Of a stretch of 64,000 nt of DNA, positions 24,721-39,284 are shown piece after piece. Origin of the DNA: Ylistrum balloti (Eukaryota); NCBI RefSeq assembly GCF_031769215.1, contig NW_026782628.1, forward strand, positions 124,001 through 188,000, read 5' to 3'. The notes beneath the pieces were generated by a model. That model saw only the letters and a program-made list of their open reading frames with translations, had not been told where the DNA came from and made no database searches. The position numbers and the translations under genes were made by a program. Every line of letters begins with the position of its first letter. Position 1 is the first letter of the stretch.

Positions 24721-24989
24721 GATAGTTATTGTCCACCTTTTTGGTCAGACCTAATACATTTTTACTCAGTAACGTGACATTGTTCAATAGTCTGTGCCCA
24801 GTTAGGACTATACGCCAGGACTGAGAGAGGTTGAAACACTTTAGGCGTGCAAGTGACTTGTTCGCCCGTAGTATTGTTGTGTAGATCTATGCTCTAACTG
24901 AACGACTAACCATGAATGACCGAATGAACTTCATGAGGGATATTACTTACGGTTGCGTCTAACAGCTACTACTGCCTGATAGCGACTCG

Positions 24990-27625
24990 AGAAGGTGACA
25001 TGATAGAATATCTAAGAAAGTCTAATCCAAAAACATTTTATAAATATTTTTCAAAGGGTTGACGCAGTGTACCGAAGTCAAATCTAAACTTGAAAGATTT
25101 TGTAGAACATTTCAAAAACTTGGGAGATGGTAATATGAATAATATTGACAATCCAAGTATGTTATCGGTAAACGTTGATTCTGCTGTATTCGAAGAACTA
25201 GATAAGCCATTCACAGAAGACGAAGTACGTATTGCCATTCGTAAGCTGAAACGAGATCAAAGTTGTAGCGAAGATTGTATTTTTAATGAACTTTTCATAG
25301 ACTTTGAGGAAATTTTGCTTCCTTGCATTACAAGACTCTTTGGAAAATTATTTGATTTTGGATTTTTCCTAGAAATGTGGTCACGTGGTTGTGTAATACC
25401 AATCTACAAAAATGGCGACGTTAACGACACAAGTAATTATAGAGGCATAACTTTGGTAAGTTGAATGGGTAAATTGTTTACATCTGTTCTTAATAGGAGA
25501 CTTCTTAAGTGGGACAAAGACAATAACATTATTTCTGACGCACAATTTGGTTTCAAGGAGGGTAGTATAACTGTAGATGCAATATTTGCACTCCAGTCAT
25601 TGATCAATAAAACTTTAAAAAATAAACGAAGATTATATTGCTGTTTTGTAGACTATAAAAAAGCCTTTGACCTCATCGACAGGAGTAGTTTATGGAGTAA
25701 GCTAATAAAACAAGGAATTCAAGGGAAGTTGTTAAATATCATAAAATCATTGTACGATAATGTCAAATCTTGTGTCAAATATAAAGGTCTTATTTCAGAA
25801 TATCATCCTAACAGAATCGGTCTCTTTCAAAGGGAAATTTTATCGCCAATTTTGTATAGTCTTTATGTAAGCGATTGTGAAATCAATTTCATTAACCAAA
25901 GTTGTCCATCTATTGAATTAGGTAAGATGTCTATATTTTTACTGATGTACGCTGATGACTCGGTTCTCATAGCTGAATCACCAAGCGGGTTGCAATCAAT
26001 GCTCGATGCACTGCTTATTTATAATGATAAATGGAAACTTAAAACAAAAACAGTAATTTTTCGAAATGGCGGGCGCATTAAAGATGATGAAAAATGGTAT
26101 TACAACGATGTTGAAATTGAAGTTGTGATCAAATTTAATTATCTGGGTATGCTTTTCAATTTTAATGGTAAATTTAACAGTACGCAGCAACATGCCGCAG
26201 AAATGGGGAGAAAATCGTATTTTAGACTGATAAACAAAATGAAAAATCATAACTTTAATGTTGAAACGTTATGCTCAGTTTTTGATACTTATGTCAGTAG
26301 TGCATTAGCATATGCAAGTGAAGTGTGGGGATTCCATAAAGCTACTTATGTTGAAAAAGTACATTCACATTTTTGTAAAAAGATTTTAAGTGTTGCGAAA
26401 AGTACATATCATGATTTAGTTTATTTTGAATTAGGAAGATTGCCAATGTATATTGTCAGAAAATTGAAAATAATTAAATACTGGACTAAATCAAAGATAC
26501 AGATAATTGTGTGTTGAAAGCATGCTATGAACAAAGATTATTAGATAACGATGAGTGGATTGTAAATATTAAGTTAGAACTAGATAAATTAGGATTAGGG
26601 TACTTATGGAACAGCAGTCTTGACAGAAAACTAGTATACAAGTTAATTGAGTGTAAGTTTCAAGAAATTCATATTCAAGAATTGTTGAGCAATATTCGAA
26701 ATTCTCCAAAAGGATATCTAAATCAGCATTTGATAGACAATTTTGGGCTGCAGTTTCATTTAAGGAAACCTATCGACTATCGATTCAAGAAATGTATATC
26801 AAAAATAAGATTATCATCACATCAGCTCATTATTGAAAGTTGTAGATATAGGAACGTAGCCAGAGAAAATAGGGTCTGTACACTATGTAATAATAGAGAT
26901 ATTGAAGACGAATTCCATTTTATTTTGTAATGTCCCTTTTATGTAGATCTCAGATCTAAATATTTGAAATCATATTATTTTCGCAGACCTAGTGTGTTCA
27001 AATTAATTCAGCTTTTAAGTATAAACAATGTAAAGGAATTAAATAACCTCGGAAATGTTTTTCATTGTGCATTTAAACGGCGATCTGAAGCATTATAAGC
27101 ATATTATAAGCAAAACCATTATTAGATTTGATTTGTAAGTTCAGTTTTTCATACACAACATTGTTTACTCCATTAATTGACTTGGTGGATAATTCTGTAA
27201 GATAAGGGGTATGTGCGGATTCGCACGTAAGCGAGTGAGTACTGGAGTGTTTTCACTTAAGCATGTGTGCTTACATGTATGTGAACATGTGAGGGAGTGT
27301 GTGATTATTGTTATTAGGGATTAACAACCATAATAGAGGACGTTGGTGCCAAACAATAATTAAAATAATAGTAATAGGTGTGTGTGAGAACGTACTTTAT
27401 GATTTGTTTACGTTCTGGATATGTATTTATGTGAAGTTGTACATGTTTATTATACATTATTAAACATACTCGTCAAGGGAGGTCACTCTCCATATACATT
27501 ATATGGCAATTATAACATGTTTATGAATGTATAAATAATATTCATGTAAACCTATGGGCTGTAAGCCCCCCCCCCCCCCCGGCATAAACCTGAACTCGTT
27601 TGTGTGCGCGTGTGTGTGTGTGTGT

Positions 27626-27658
<33 letters not shown>

Positions 27659-27783
27659 GATGTGGTCGTGCGTATGAGTGTATGCTACATGGATGTATTA
27701 TATATTATATATGTTTATGTATATGTTCTACTTTTGTGCCTATGAGTCTTAAGGCTCGGGGCTAATAAAGAAAGAAAGAAAGA
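24990..27783 (+). mobile_element. Decayed 3' part of a LINE (RT, C-terminal Cys/His domain, 3' UTR, (GAAA)n tail)
   Basis: YRGITLVS*MGKLF, FVDYKKAFD, LSPILYSLY, LMYADD and CTLC...IEDEFHFIL*CP, with stops and frameshifts. Ends aataaagaaagaaagaaaga at about 27765-27783. Confidence 0.92.
27566..27660. repeat. Poly-C, (GT)n and (TGAGGG)5 simple repeats
   Basis: Directly visible. TGAGGG x5 spans 27627-27656. Confidence 0.9.
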
Positions 27784-30700
27784 CTCCCAGTCAGAATGTG
27801 TCACCCTCTTACACATGGTGTCAATCAAACCGACCGCAGTCATTTGTTAAAGGACAAGATAGATGCCTATCGGCCCTTTTGTTTATCTGATCAGTACCAA
27901 ACTCAAACAGGCACAACTAGGGACGAAGAGAAACCTATACATCTATCTGATACAACATTTGTTACTGTCCCAGATAATTATCTGACACTAAAAAAAAACA
28001 AAAAAAAAACACACACACACAGAATCGAGTACATTGTAATACATTGCTTTATATATCCTGTAGCTGATCATTGGCCTGCACTCATATTTTATTCTATTTT
28101 ATTGGTCTCTTCATTTTGAATACTCATATTTTCTTAAATTTGCTATTTGGTGTGGTAACTTATAAAAGTCATTTCCTTACTTTCCTGCACAGCAACGGGA
28201 ACGTGCCACAGATATTTTTATCTCCTGTTATGAGAGGACGTGTTGGAATTTCAATTCACCGTAACCAATCCAAGGATGTCCCTAACCTTTGAAAGACTTA
28301 ACCTGCATATTCATTTTTCACATTCAAAAATAAATAGTATGAACTATCAAACATCTGGACACAGTTTTAGATAGCTAAACAGACTCAATAGCAGCAACGC
28401 CCAATTTTCTAGTCATCGTTGTGTGTTAAAATCCCCAAACGTATATTCCTGTCTAGTCCCGCTTCCTTTATTTTTGTTACAAACATCTGAGTCATCCAAC
28501 TGTTTGCACGACTTGTTCATCATAATATATTCAAAGCGTAAAGATTACTTAAAACAAATACGGATTCGTTAAACAAATGTTTTTCTTGACACTGTAGCAT
28601 TCCAAGAACGAAAATTCCTGACGCGCTAAATAAGACTGATTCTTACAGGTGACATTTGTTTTATTTTAAGACAAGTATACCTACGTTGGTTATCATCATG
28701 CTAACAACACACAAATGTATTTTTCGCTGTTGCAAACTTGATCCTGTTTATATAGCGTTTAAATGGTAGTCTGTAGCGTGGTACACAAATACATAATCCG
28801 TGAATCTGGCGATCGGGGAAATTTTACTCTCATTCCATCAACCAATTTAACAAATAATGTCAGCATGACACTTGTTACAAATGTGTGTAATGATAGATTT
28901 TCAACATAATTTTCGATGTCCGATTTGTTCTGGAGTATTTTAGCAGATTCTGCATGATGTCATTTGTTGACTTGTAGATCTGTATCTTAAACTTTTTCAT
29001 TCTGATAAATAACAGAACATATTGAACGATAGAAAACTTGAATATCAAGCTTGACAACTGATCGTTTATCGTAGGGACTCTCAAGTGGAACCAGGCTCAA
29101 TCGTCTGGATTTTCAATACAGATCACGTGTTCGAACCAATATCGTCCATGAGTTATCGTTCCTTACATCCCTTTACACTAGTCGAACAATATATAAGTGT
29201 CTTAGTGATGTCGTTTTGACATATTTACTCAGAACTGGTAACAATGTAGATAAAGCGTTAGTACACCATGTACCGTAAAATACGAATTTGTAATTTAACA
29301 AATTTGCCTATTTGAAGTGGAATTTATGATGCTACTAGTGCACTGTTGTAGTTGGTATCACACGCGATGTTTGTAAGAGTATCAATCGATACATTCTGTA
29401 CATGTTATGTCGTCAGTGATTTTGGCTAACAGTACTAGTTCAAACCCAAACCCTGGAACACCCTTACACAGATTATCACATGCATCGAATGCCCGTTACT
29501 CCGGAAACCCGTCACTTTGGACAGAGTACTATTTTTTTTAACAGAGCGAGATGTCTCGAGAAAAAAGATATTAATGTGGTATGGGAGGCCTGCTTACTTT
29601 GTTTAATCAACTCCAACAAAAGTTGTAGCTATCCTTGTAATGTCATAATTCACCAACATGCCAAATTTAATCAAAATATAAAAATATCTAAACTTCAAAC
29701 AAGCCAATTTCATTATAAGACGTTTACCGACAATACATGTACACACAAAGTATTTTGGAATGAAATTTGGAAAATATTTATGTTTCGGTCGATCTGAGGG
29801 CAAGAAATGACAGCCATTTTGTTAGATAGGATACAGAAGTAGCAGATTGTTCGTAATGCCATAACATTGCTACATACCAGGTTTTTCTTAATATGACGGA
29901 CGACCATGCCCTCTTCATCGCAACTTATTTTGAAGAGACTTAATAATGATAAGATTGATCAAACTCTACCGCTGTTTTGATTGAGCTTGTCAATAAGTTA
30001 ACGTGATTTGAAAAAAAAAATTGGTCTTTCGCCTTACTAGACACCCGACTAATTTCAGCCGAACGTATTGTCAAACCCATTGGTATATAACTGCATATCG
30101 CTTCTCATCAAAATCTTTTTATAATTACTGAAAATATCGAGGGAATATAAAAAAATGTTGAAGGCCATTACACTGTAAATGATAACGGAATCGGAGAGTG
30201 TGCATACCAAGTTTTGTCAAAATCGATTCAGTTTACACAATTGTCGAGTTTACAAAGTCCCACGGTAAATACACTTAAAAGGGCCATAACCTTGTAAATA
30301 ACAACTGCACTGGCATCATAATTGCACTTATCCTACATTTTATTGATTTAAGGATGAATACCGAGTTTCATCAACAAATGTTCCTATTTACTTATGTCAT
30401 CGCATTTACAAGGTCAAATAGCAATAAATCTGCCATGGTCCATCACTCTGCAAACTATGACTGCATTATTCCAATTGTACAACCCACTTGATATCTTATT
30501 GATATCTGACAGTATACCTAAAAAAAATCGGTTTATATTTATATAAGTTATCGTGTTCACAATAAAAGTTAGGTATAGGTATATATATATATATATATGA
30601 TAACTCACTTCCGATTTTTTCAATGTGGGTAGACTCGGTCAATCTTCATGAGATTTGAAAAAAAAACTAATTTGGAAAATAAATCGAAATGATGTGCGTA

Positions 30701-31517
30701 ACTATATATGTTAATATAAATATAGTGAATATATAATTACTGTGCACAAAAAAGAATGCATATTTAAATATAGCTCTATCTACAGTCAAAATATAAGTAA
30801 TATGAGATATTTCCAGGTACAGCGTACATGTGTGACTACTGGTTCCTAAGTGTAATATCAGGTTGCTCAAAAGATCCGGGTGGACGACACTTGACATATT
30901 CACAGTGAAATTCGTCAATGAATCAAGATCTTTCTCTGACAATATCACAATAAAACAACCTGATGAAGCGACTTAGACATGCATCACGTGATAGTCCCAT
31001 TACACTCTGTCCATGTTAAAGGTGTAATATCTCCATTTTATGATGGTGTTCAACACGATGCATTCCTTTTTACACAACAACATATTTTCCACGTGTTTCC
31101 GTCGTCAGCAATAATTGTTCAAAGGCTGGTCAGAGATAGCCAGGGGTAAGTGTTAGTTTTCAAACTTGAATGAAGCAAAATCGGAGAGATTTGTTTCGAC
31201 AGGTCGGATATGTACATTCGTGTTCGTTCAGCGGAAGCAATTTGATATTTTCACTAACCACTGGTTCATTAACTTTTGAGCAACCGGAATAGATTGTCGA
31301 CAACACATTTCTTAAAACACAGTACTTGCATGTAATTTACTGGGATCAAAACAACTGCCCTATTTCTTTCATCTCCATTTGAATCGCCACAAATAATCAA
31401 AGCTAGTGTTAAAATATGTGAGTTCCATTAGGTAATGAATATTTTGAAAATATTCCATATATTCAGCTTATATAACTTCTAGTGAGACAAAATGCATTCA
31501 CTCTCGATTTCATAGGA

Positions 31518-32412
31518 AACTCTCGACAAAGTATGTAACTCCTAACTTTAGTCATCCCGGACTCTCGACAAACTGTACCTCCTAACTTTTGTCATCCCGG
31601 ACTCTCGACAAAGTCTGTAACTCCTAACTTTAGTCATCCCGGACTTTCGACAAACTCTGTGACTCCTAACTTTTGTCATCCCGGACTCTCGACAAACTCT
31701 GTAACTTCTAACTTTTGTCATCCCGGACTCTCGACAAACTCTGTAACTTCTAACTTTAGTTATCCCGGACTTTCGACAAACTCTGTGACTCCTAACTTTT
31801 GTCATCCCGGACTCTCGACAAACTCTGTAACTTCTAACTCTAGTTATCCCGGACTTTCGACAAACTCTGTGACTCCTAACTTTTGATCCCTGACTATCAA
31901 ACTAACTTTTGTCAACGGACTCTCGACAAACTCTGTAACTTCTAACTCTAGTTATCCCGGACTTTCGACAAACTCTGTGACTCCTAACTTTTGTCATCCC
32001 TGACTATCGACAAACTCTGTAACTCCTAACTTTTGTCATTCTGGGTTCTCGACAAACTCTGTAACTCCTAACTTTTGTCATCCCGGACTCCCGACAAACT
32101 CTGTAACTTCTAACTTTTGTCATCCCGGACTCTCGACAAACTCTGTAACTTCTAACTTTAGTTATCCCGGACTTTCGACAAACTCTGTGACTCCTAACTT
32201 TTGTCATCCCTGACTATCGACAAACTCGGTAACTCCTAACTTTTGTCATTCTGGGTTCTCGACCAACTCTGTAACTCCTAACTTTTGTCATCCCGGACTC
32301 TCGATAAACTCTGTAACTCCTAAATTTAGTCATCCCGGCTCTCGACAAACTCTGTAACTCCAAACTTTAGCCATCCCGGACTCTCGACAAACTCTGTAAC
32401 TCCTAACTTTTT
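31518..32412. repeat. 42-bp minisatellite, about 21 copies
   Basis: Unit tcccggactctcgacaaactctgtaactcctaacttttgtca. Confidence 0.97.
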
Positions 32413-32884
32413 CTCATTTTTCATTGATGTTCTGATTCTGTATTTTGTAGAATATTTATATCATTAAAATGAAATAGTTGCAGTATTCATATTCGGTTTT
32501 CCAGCATATCCAACATTATATCAATAACAATTAATTTCTGTCGTTTGTGTCCTCAGTACTCAGTATAACAATGTATTTCCAATATGTTTTCTTAAAAAAA
32601 AGATAGACTTAGAGGTTTTTCAATTATTATAATAGTAAAAAATATTTATGGTCTGAATCCGCATTCATTACAAACATTGAGCTGATGCGAGACCTTACAA
32701 GACTATCGGAAACCTGACCTAGACTAAGGCTATATTGTAAACACAAAATAAAATGTTTGATATGGGTTCACTATATTGTCCTACAAATTTTGGTGAGCTA
32801 TGTAAATGATGATGCTGCTACTTGGACGTATTAAAAAGAGGTGCAGTAATATCATGTTTAATATTGGAGAACATGTTTGTTAAT

Positions 32885-33175
32885 GAAACACTATGCCCCC
32901 GGTTGCTACAAAATTCTGAAGTGGGGCATTTCAACGGTACTATGTAAGGCATGTGCTAATTGAAAGCACACTTTGTGAAACACCTACGTCTTAATTGTGA
33001 TAATTATAAGACATTTTTAGTTCAATAGCTAAGGTCTTTTCACAAAGAACACACATACAAATATGAAAGCCCTACCTCTTTTTATGCAACAGTAATGGTC
33101 AGGTTTTAAAGTTGACAACAAGCAGCGCAAAAACAATATGCTCCCTGATCTTTCGATCTGGAGGAATGAAAACGT
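32885..33175 (+). mobile_element. Non-autonomous Helentron/Helitron-like element remnant
   Basis: Starts aaacactatgcccc and ends aaaaacaatatgctccctgatctttcgatctggaggaatgaaa, with a subterminal gatc-tttc-gatc hairpin. This resembles a common mollusc family as recalled. Confidence 0.5.
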
Positions 33176-36100
33176 AAATTCTGAGTCACACATATTCACG
33201 AGGAGATTATTTTATAAGACAATCTAACACCTACTTTTCAGATTCGTAATCTAATAACTTCAGTAATATTTCTCAATTTCAATTTATCAAATACTCGTTT
33301 GGAAAGATAAAAAGTGAAAAATTATTGTGCTGAAATAATATAAATATGATTATTATAATATCTTAAATGAGTCTCCATCTCATACATGTTTCATAAAATG
33401 AGTGTAAGAATGTTTGGCGATCTAAAATGGAAAAAAAAGTGCATGGAATGTAACCAACTGGAGACCTCAATGCAATCGGCAATAAAACGGGAAAATGTTT
33501 GTTCTATTTTGATGAAATCTGATAAGTAATTCCGATGAGTAACATCCATTTATCATGCAGTAAAAATACTTGATCTTGGATATTGTCGTGTGCTTGTTCT
33601 TGTAGATCATCAAAGTTAGTACCTTAATATGGGTGAATTGAATGAATAATGGAGAAATCGCGAGATAAAAACACAGATTGCTCTAATTTCTTCTGTAAGT
33701 TAAGAATTTGGTTAGGTCATAACGCACAACGGCAATGCCAAATGGAAAACAATCAAACCCCCATAAATATAACAAAGACCGGCTTCCGGCACGAATGTTT
33801 ACCTTAATAAAACGGACACTTTTAATAGACAATTCTGATTAATATAAGTAATAGACGTCGATTTGTTGAATATGGGGTGAATTTCACAAACCAAAGATCA
33901 GCGAAGTTGCTAAATTCTTGCAGTGAGGAAGCAAAATAGAACACATGAATTACAGCATGCCTTTCTCGTTATCGGAAAAACGAGAAAACGTGATTACATG
34001 AAGGAAATTTAATTACTGGTAACAAGGTTTTTAGTATACTAGTGTTTTTCTGTCGTTCTAATAAAGACATTATAAGACAAGCATCATAACAGTGTAAAGC
34101 ATCGCTGAACACAAAGATTATTATCAATTCTAATGACCTGGTGTGTTATACAAACCCAAGGGTAACGCTGTAGCCTCTGGGTTATGGTAATCGGTATTAC
34201 GGCACCACGTGTGCTCGGGCTCATATAACAAATAGGGCTTTACACAAAGACACACGTTCAACGAAGCTGTACACATGTGGGGGAGGACATGGGGGCAGGA
34301 GGGGGTAGGGTTCGTCCATTCACGCTTTAGTTCACAAACGTGATTTAAGTCGACGCCCAACACTCCATAATATTCACGGTTTCGTGCCAGAGATGATTTG
34401 CACTGTATTGTTGTCGGGGCTAGACTCATAGGTAAAAGAGCAGGTGAATGCAATGACAGGATAAGTAGGATAAATAAAATATATACACATTGGCGAGTAA
34501 AACACATCATTCTGAATAAGATCAGCTGGTGTAATAACTAATCGTTTTATTCATGAATGAGGTGACTAGAATAATAATAGGATTCATAGTTTAATTCAAG
34601 AATTTAAGTGTCATGTAATCTACTGATAATAGATGTTATACCAAATTGCATGGATGGTTTCCTGTATCTAGTTCTTCATTGTCAGTATCAACTTATCCCT
34701 CGCCAAAGCTGATTATACTGTAGACCCTAAAATAGAGGCAATCTGTGATGCCGCTAGCTGGCGATATGGGTCTACACATGTGTTATGTGTTGCGCGAGGC
34801 TTGCGGTAAATGTAACACTGGGGCTACATATATTTTCACATGAAAATATTTACCTTTTCCTCTACATCTTTTATTGTAGAAAGAAAATCTGGCTTCATCT
34901 GAATACTTACGTTAGTTTGGAATACAACGCTTCAGCGAGAAACACCGACTTTCAACAACACGGTCTAAGCAATCCATCCTCATATGTCTTACACATGTGT
35001 ATGACGTACACACGTAGTCAACTGCCTGTAGACGACAGTATTTGCCAAAATAATGTCTATAGACGTATGCGAGTTTTAAAATCCAGTCTGTCGCTCAACT
35101 CCATTGCTGATTTACTTTCCTTGTATTTCCAATGTAACAACCACGTCAGACTAGGCGCACGACATCACCTGTCGATGCTTCACAGACAAAACAGTGTTCA
35201 ATGCGCATGAGTCATTAGGCTGTGCTCGTTTATCGCCAGAGGACTCGCATGGCGTAGTTGGCCGAGGGCAATCTGTTGGTCTTCCCATCAGTCACTTATG
35301 TAATGCATTGTCGTTTTTTATAAAGTCGTATTCCTGCCGTCAAGTTATTTTAGTTTGTATTGCGTTAACACAACGTTTATTGATAAAGGGATAACATATG
35401 TAATCGTTATTTCTCAACTTGCCGAAATATTACAATTTGTATCTAGACACTCTAAGTTAAGTTAATTGGTCATACATGTATCTAGTTATTGTATTATATA
35501 AGTTAACTCGATATTTCAAACTCGAGATAGCGAGATATATCTAGACAACTTTAATCTAATCGTGTTTATATCAAAGGAATATGCACATATCGACATTTCG
35601 ACAGGTCAAATTATCATCTCGATTTGATTCTTTTGACTAATCGAGATATATATTAGTCAAATTGTTTAAAACAAACGCAAAAAAATCACATACACAAATT
35701 TACTGGGCAAGTAACCGATATGGCAAATTCAATTTTTTGCATTGCCATTCAGAACAAAGGACAGGATCGGAGGTAGGAAAATAAAACAGTAAATGTAAGT
35801 GATATCCTTGTTAATGTACTTTGTGGTGTATATGGCAGTGATTTGTTTACAGACGCTAAGACAGAATAAAACGTGTGGTATATGTATAAGACGAATTTGG
35901 CCCCACACCCACACAATATAGCTCCAATTTCACACAACTCTGTAGTGTAATATGTAAGCACAGGAAATATTCCATGAAAATTGACGATTTACATATGTTG
36001 GTCCCTGTTTCCTCGGAGGAAACAACAAACAGTATTGGCCTAACAGTCATTCAATAACCAGTTACTTCTACTGCGATATAACATCGAGTATTCTCGACAC

Positions 36101-36249
36101 ATCTGAGTTCGCCCTGCCACAGTCAGAATTGCACATCTCTATTAGTTCGTGTCTTAATAACTCTGTAAATCGATGATGATTGTATATATATATAGAGAGA
36201 GAGAGAGAGTGAGGGAGCAAGAGAGAGAGAGAGAGAGACCTAGTAAGTA

Positions 36250-37145
36250 ATATGGTCTACTATCGGTACTGGATCCTAACAAACAAATGTTCGTTGGTTG
36301 CACGGATTTATACATTAAACCCACAGGCATCTAGTTGTCACCCACTCCATACCATAAGGGGCATTCCATACGTCCAAACGTTGAGAATCAGGCGTATTGT
36401 TTCTGATGACGACGTCTTTACACGCAGCTGCTTAGAACTGAAGTCTCATCTACTGAACAGGGGATAAAAAGCAGTTCTGATCGACCGCGAAATCGATAAA
36501 GAACTAGACAGGGCTAGTACACTTGAATACTATGTCCGATCAAAAACTGGGAGAGTACCATGTGTAGTAACTTTTCACCCCACAATGCCACCATTGTCAA
36601 TAATTTTCCAGAAACACTGGCAAATCGTGTTGTCGTCCAGTAAACTTCATAACATTTTCCCGGGACCACCAATACTAGCTTATCGCAGACCGGAAAACAT
36701 CAAAGACCTGGTGGTAAGCGGTAAACTACCAACAACTTCCCACACTCTCGGAACTGGCTGATTCAACATATGTTACAGTAAGAGGTGCAAGCTTTGTCCG
36801 TATGTGAGGTCAACGGCCAGAACTACCACATCCTCCAGTCGGTATCCTGCACATCGGCCAATGTAATGTACTTGATTACGTGTGCCAAGTGCCATTTGTA
36901 GTATGTAGGGGAGACCAAAACACCACTTAATCTCAGCATCAACAACCACAGATGATCTGTCAAACAGAAACGCCAGGATCTGTATGTAGCAAGACATTTC
37001 AAAATGCCAATTCATTCGTGGCATGACATGCAGGTTGTACTCGGTGACTACTGCAGGAGTCGGGGTGACCACCAACGCCTCAGTAAAGAACGACACTGGA
37101 TCAACCAACTCCAAACCTGCTACCCACACGGCATGAACGAGATAT
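36250..37145 (+). mobile_element. 5'-truncated Penelope-like element: RT thumb plus GIY-YIG endonuclease, decayed
   Basis: SSCHPLHTIRGIPYVQTLRIRRIVSDDDVF...LLNRG (thumb), then CKLCPY...SCTSANVMYLITCAKCHL*YVGETKTPL...NNHR...VARHF...ERHWINQLQTCYPHGMN (GIY-YIG). Follows a (TA)n(GA)n microsatellite at about 36183-36238. Confidence 0.9.
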
Positions 37146-37539
37146 GATCTTGCTACTACATACAGGTCCGGTCATGCATGCCTAGCAGCCGGTACATCTC
37201 AAGCTACCGAAGGGGCATTTTTTTTTAAATAAACTTTCTTGCTCTAATTATTGCACTTTTTTATGTCGATTTTTATGTCTTTATAGATGCCGTTCCGTTG
37301 TAGAAGACCATCTGGATGAGCTTGTACCACAAAGGAAATCTTGGGTGTTTGCTCTTTGTTCATGGGAGGGTAATGAGCAAAAGAACACTCGGATTTAAGA
37401 CAATGTGGTTTACATGTTATCCAAGACACCGTTCGATATATTTTTCGTGTAATTGATGTAAACGAAATTAAATTAAGGTCAAGATAAAGACTTAGGCGCA
37501 GGATTTGCAAGGTTCCAGTTTTGACCATCCATATTTGAC

Positions 37540-38900
37540 GGATACGATCAACTCTAACGATTCAGTATATCGATACACGGTGCTGGGCTTTCCGGGACAA
37601 TTCTGTGGTTTAAAGCTTGCCAATCTAGCAAAAAAAAATACGTCGCATATATTATTTCATTCAGTATCTAAAGCAAATGAAACGAGTACCAAGATTGAGT
37701 CGTTTCGATTAATGCAACGACAACAGCACCATTGGCGCTTTCAAGCAGTTCTGCAAGGACTGGGAAGGTAGTTAGAACCTCTGGGGCTACGGCCCCATGT
37801 CCGAAAAATTATGGGATATTTTGAAAATGAATGGACAATTGTCAATAAGCACAGTTGTCAGAAGTAACTTTTATTCGCTAACTACTGAAAGTTTGTTTTC
37901 TGCATTTCCCCCCCCCCTCCCCCTCCCTTTTTTTGTGCGCAGACATGTTGTAAAACACTCTTACAAGCTGCGGTGTGATAGGGTTGGGTAGGGCCAATTT
38001 GCCGATATAATAAGATATCGGATGTTCGCTTTGTGGTGTACAGTCAGCAACTCCAACAATCCTCTCATATTGTCCAAGTGGTATTTAAATGACTCGACAC
38101 TACGTTTTGCATAGTACTATTGTTGCTTCACATTAGTTTTTGATGTCAAAGTTGGAGATTTTCTGTCCTTGAGCACCTGCAAGGTAATATTATATTCATA
38201 CACTCTGCACGTAAAGTAAGATAAGGAAACTGATAACAAATTTACTCTTTTAGCATTAATATGTTAGTGTTTACAATTGTACAAAAGTAGGAAATAAAAA
38301 TGTATAAAATATTTACATAGGTAAGTATGCGCTATTCGCACAAGGCGCATGTCCTTCCCAAATCCCTGATCTAAGTATAGATCATGATGATGACATGTCC
38401 GGACACAAAAGCTTCACCCTGGGTAGATAAACTGCAAACCAGCGAATTGAGATGATATGGAGTTTCCGTGTTCGCCAATTTACAGATTTTGACGGAACAC
38501 TTTCAAGGACATGTTTGATTACGGTCACATCAATAACACTGATCCACTTGAAAAGTATTCGTCTCTGCGTTTTAGGATCGATTCAGAAACATTAGTCGTT
38601 TTCCTGAAAACTTGGAACACGCATAGAACTTGTTCACAATGGCACAATGCTGGCGAGGTCCTTGATGTACTTTCTCACCAGTCGTTCCTGTCCGGTACAT
38701 TTTACTATTCTTTACCACTGCCTTACAGCCTGGAAACCCTAGACTACCTTTGTGAAGAACACACATTGGTTCTAATGATGCAATTTCGATGAACTGCTTT
38801 CTGGGTAAAATCCTGACGCGGTCAAAAAGATTTCGACACTTGGACAATGACACAATAAAAGTAGTTGATGACAATAGCAGTGAAACTGAGTACAACTGAG
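37540..38900 (+). mobile_element. Decayed integrase-core (DDE) transposase, IS3EU-like
   Basis: Collinear remnants EGS*NLWGYGPM, LWCTVSNSNNPLILSKWYL, HDDDMSGHKSFTLGR*TANQRIEMIWSF, FKDMFDYGHI and VFLKTWNTHR. Many lesions; candidate GT-AG intron at 38184-38320. Superfamily assignment is inference. Confidence 0.6.
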
Positions 38901-39284
38901 TACTACAAGTGGTTTGATAGTGGTTAATAAATAAACAACATCATGACCACTGTATCAAAAGGTTTGTGATGCGCATGTATCACATGACGATGGTTCTCGC
39001 GAAAGTTCATCACACGCTTGTATATTAATGTTGCTCCCTTAAACAGTCTTCATTAATGCATTCATGCAAAGTATATGATGTAACAAATTCCTGAATCGAT
39101 GACGTCACGGTGTTTGCGAAGCGGCAGTTTTCGTAAACAGGTCTCAAGAGTCGGATAATTAAATGTCAAATTTTATTTTTGTCATTCTTTAAATTTTTTT
39201 AAAATTTGAAATGAACAACCCTTTCGCACATAAATATATGTGCTGTATGTTTAACTTTCAACAGGAGTAAACGCGTAAGAAATA

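Noticed and set aside
29085-29140. tRNA gene (aggctcaatcg...gttcgaacc)
   Set aside because: Only A/B-box-like fragments and a short stem; no acceptor stem or full cloverleaf. At most a decayed SINE head.
30818-31150. Possible + strand exon (ccAG acceptor at about 30818, GTAAGT donor at about 31147)
   Set aside because: All frames stop early and no product is recognisable. It might be non-coding but cannot be supported without RNA data.
35400-35650. Tc1/pogo-type MITE (tcgagat-rich tract)
   Set aside because: Motifs are suggestive, but I could not pair terminal inverted repeats or find a TA target duplication.
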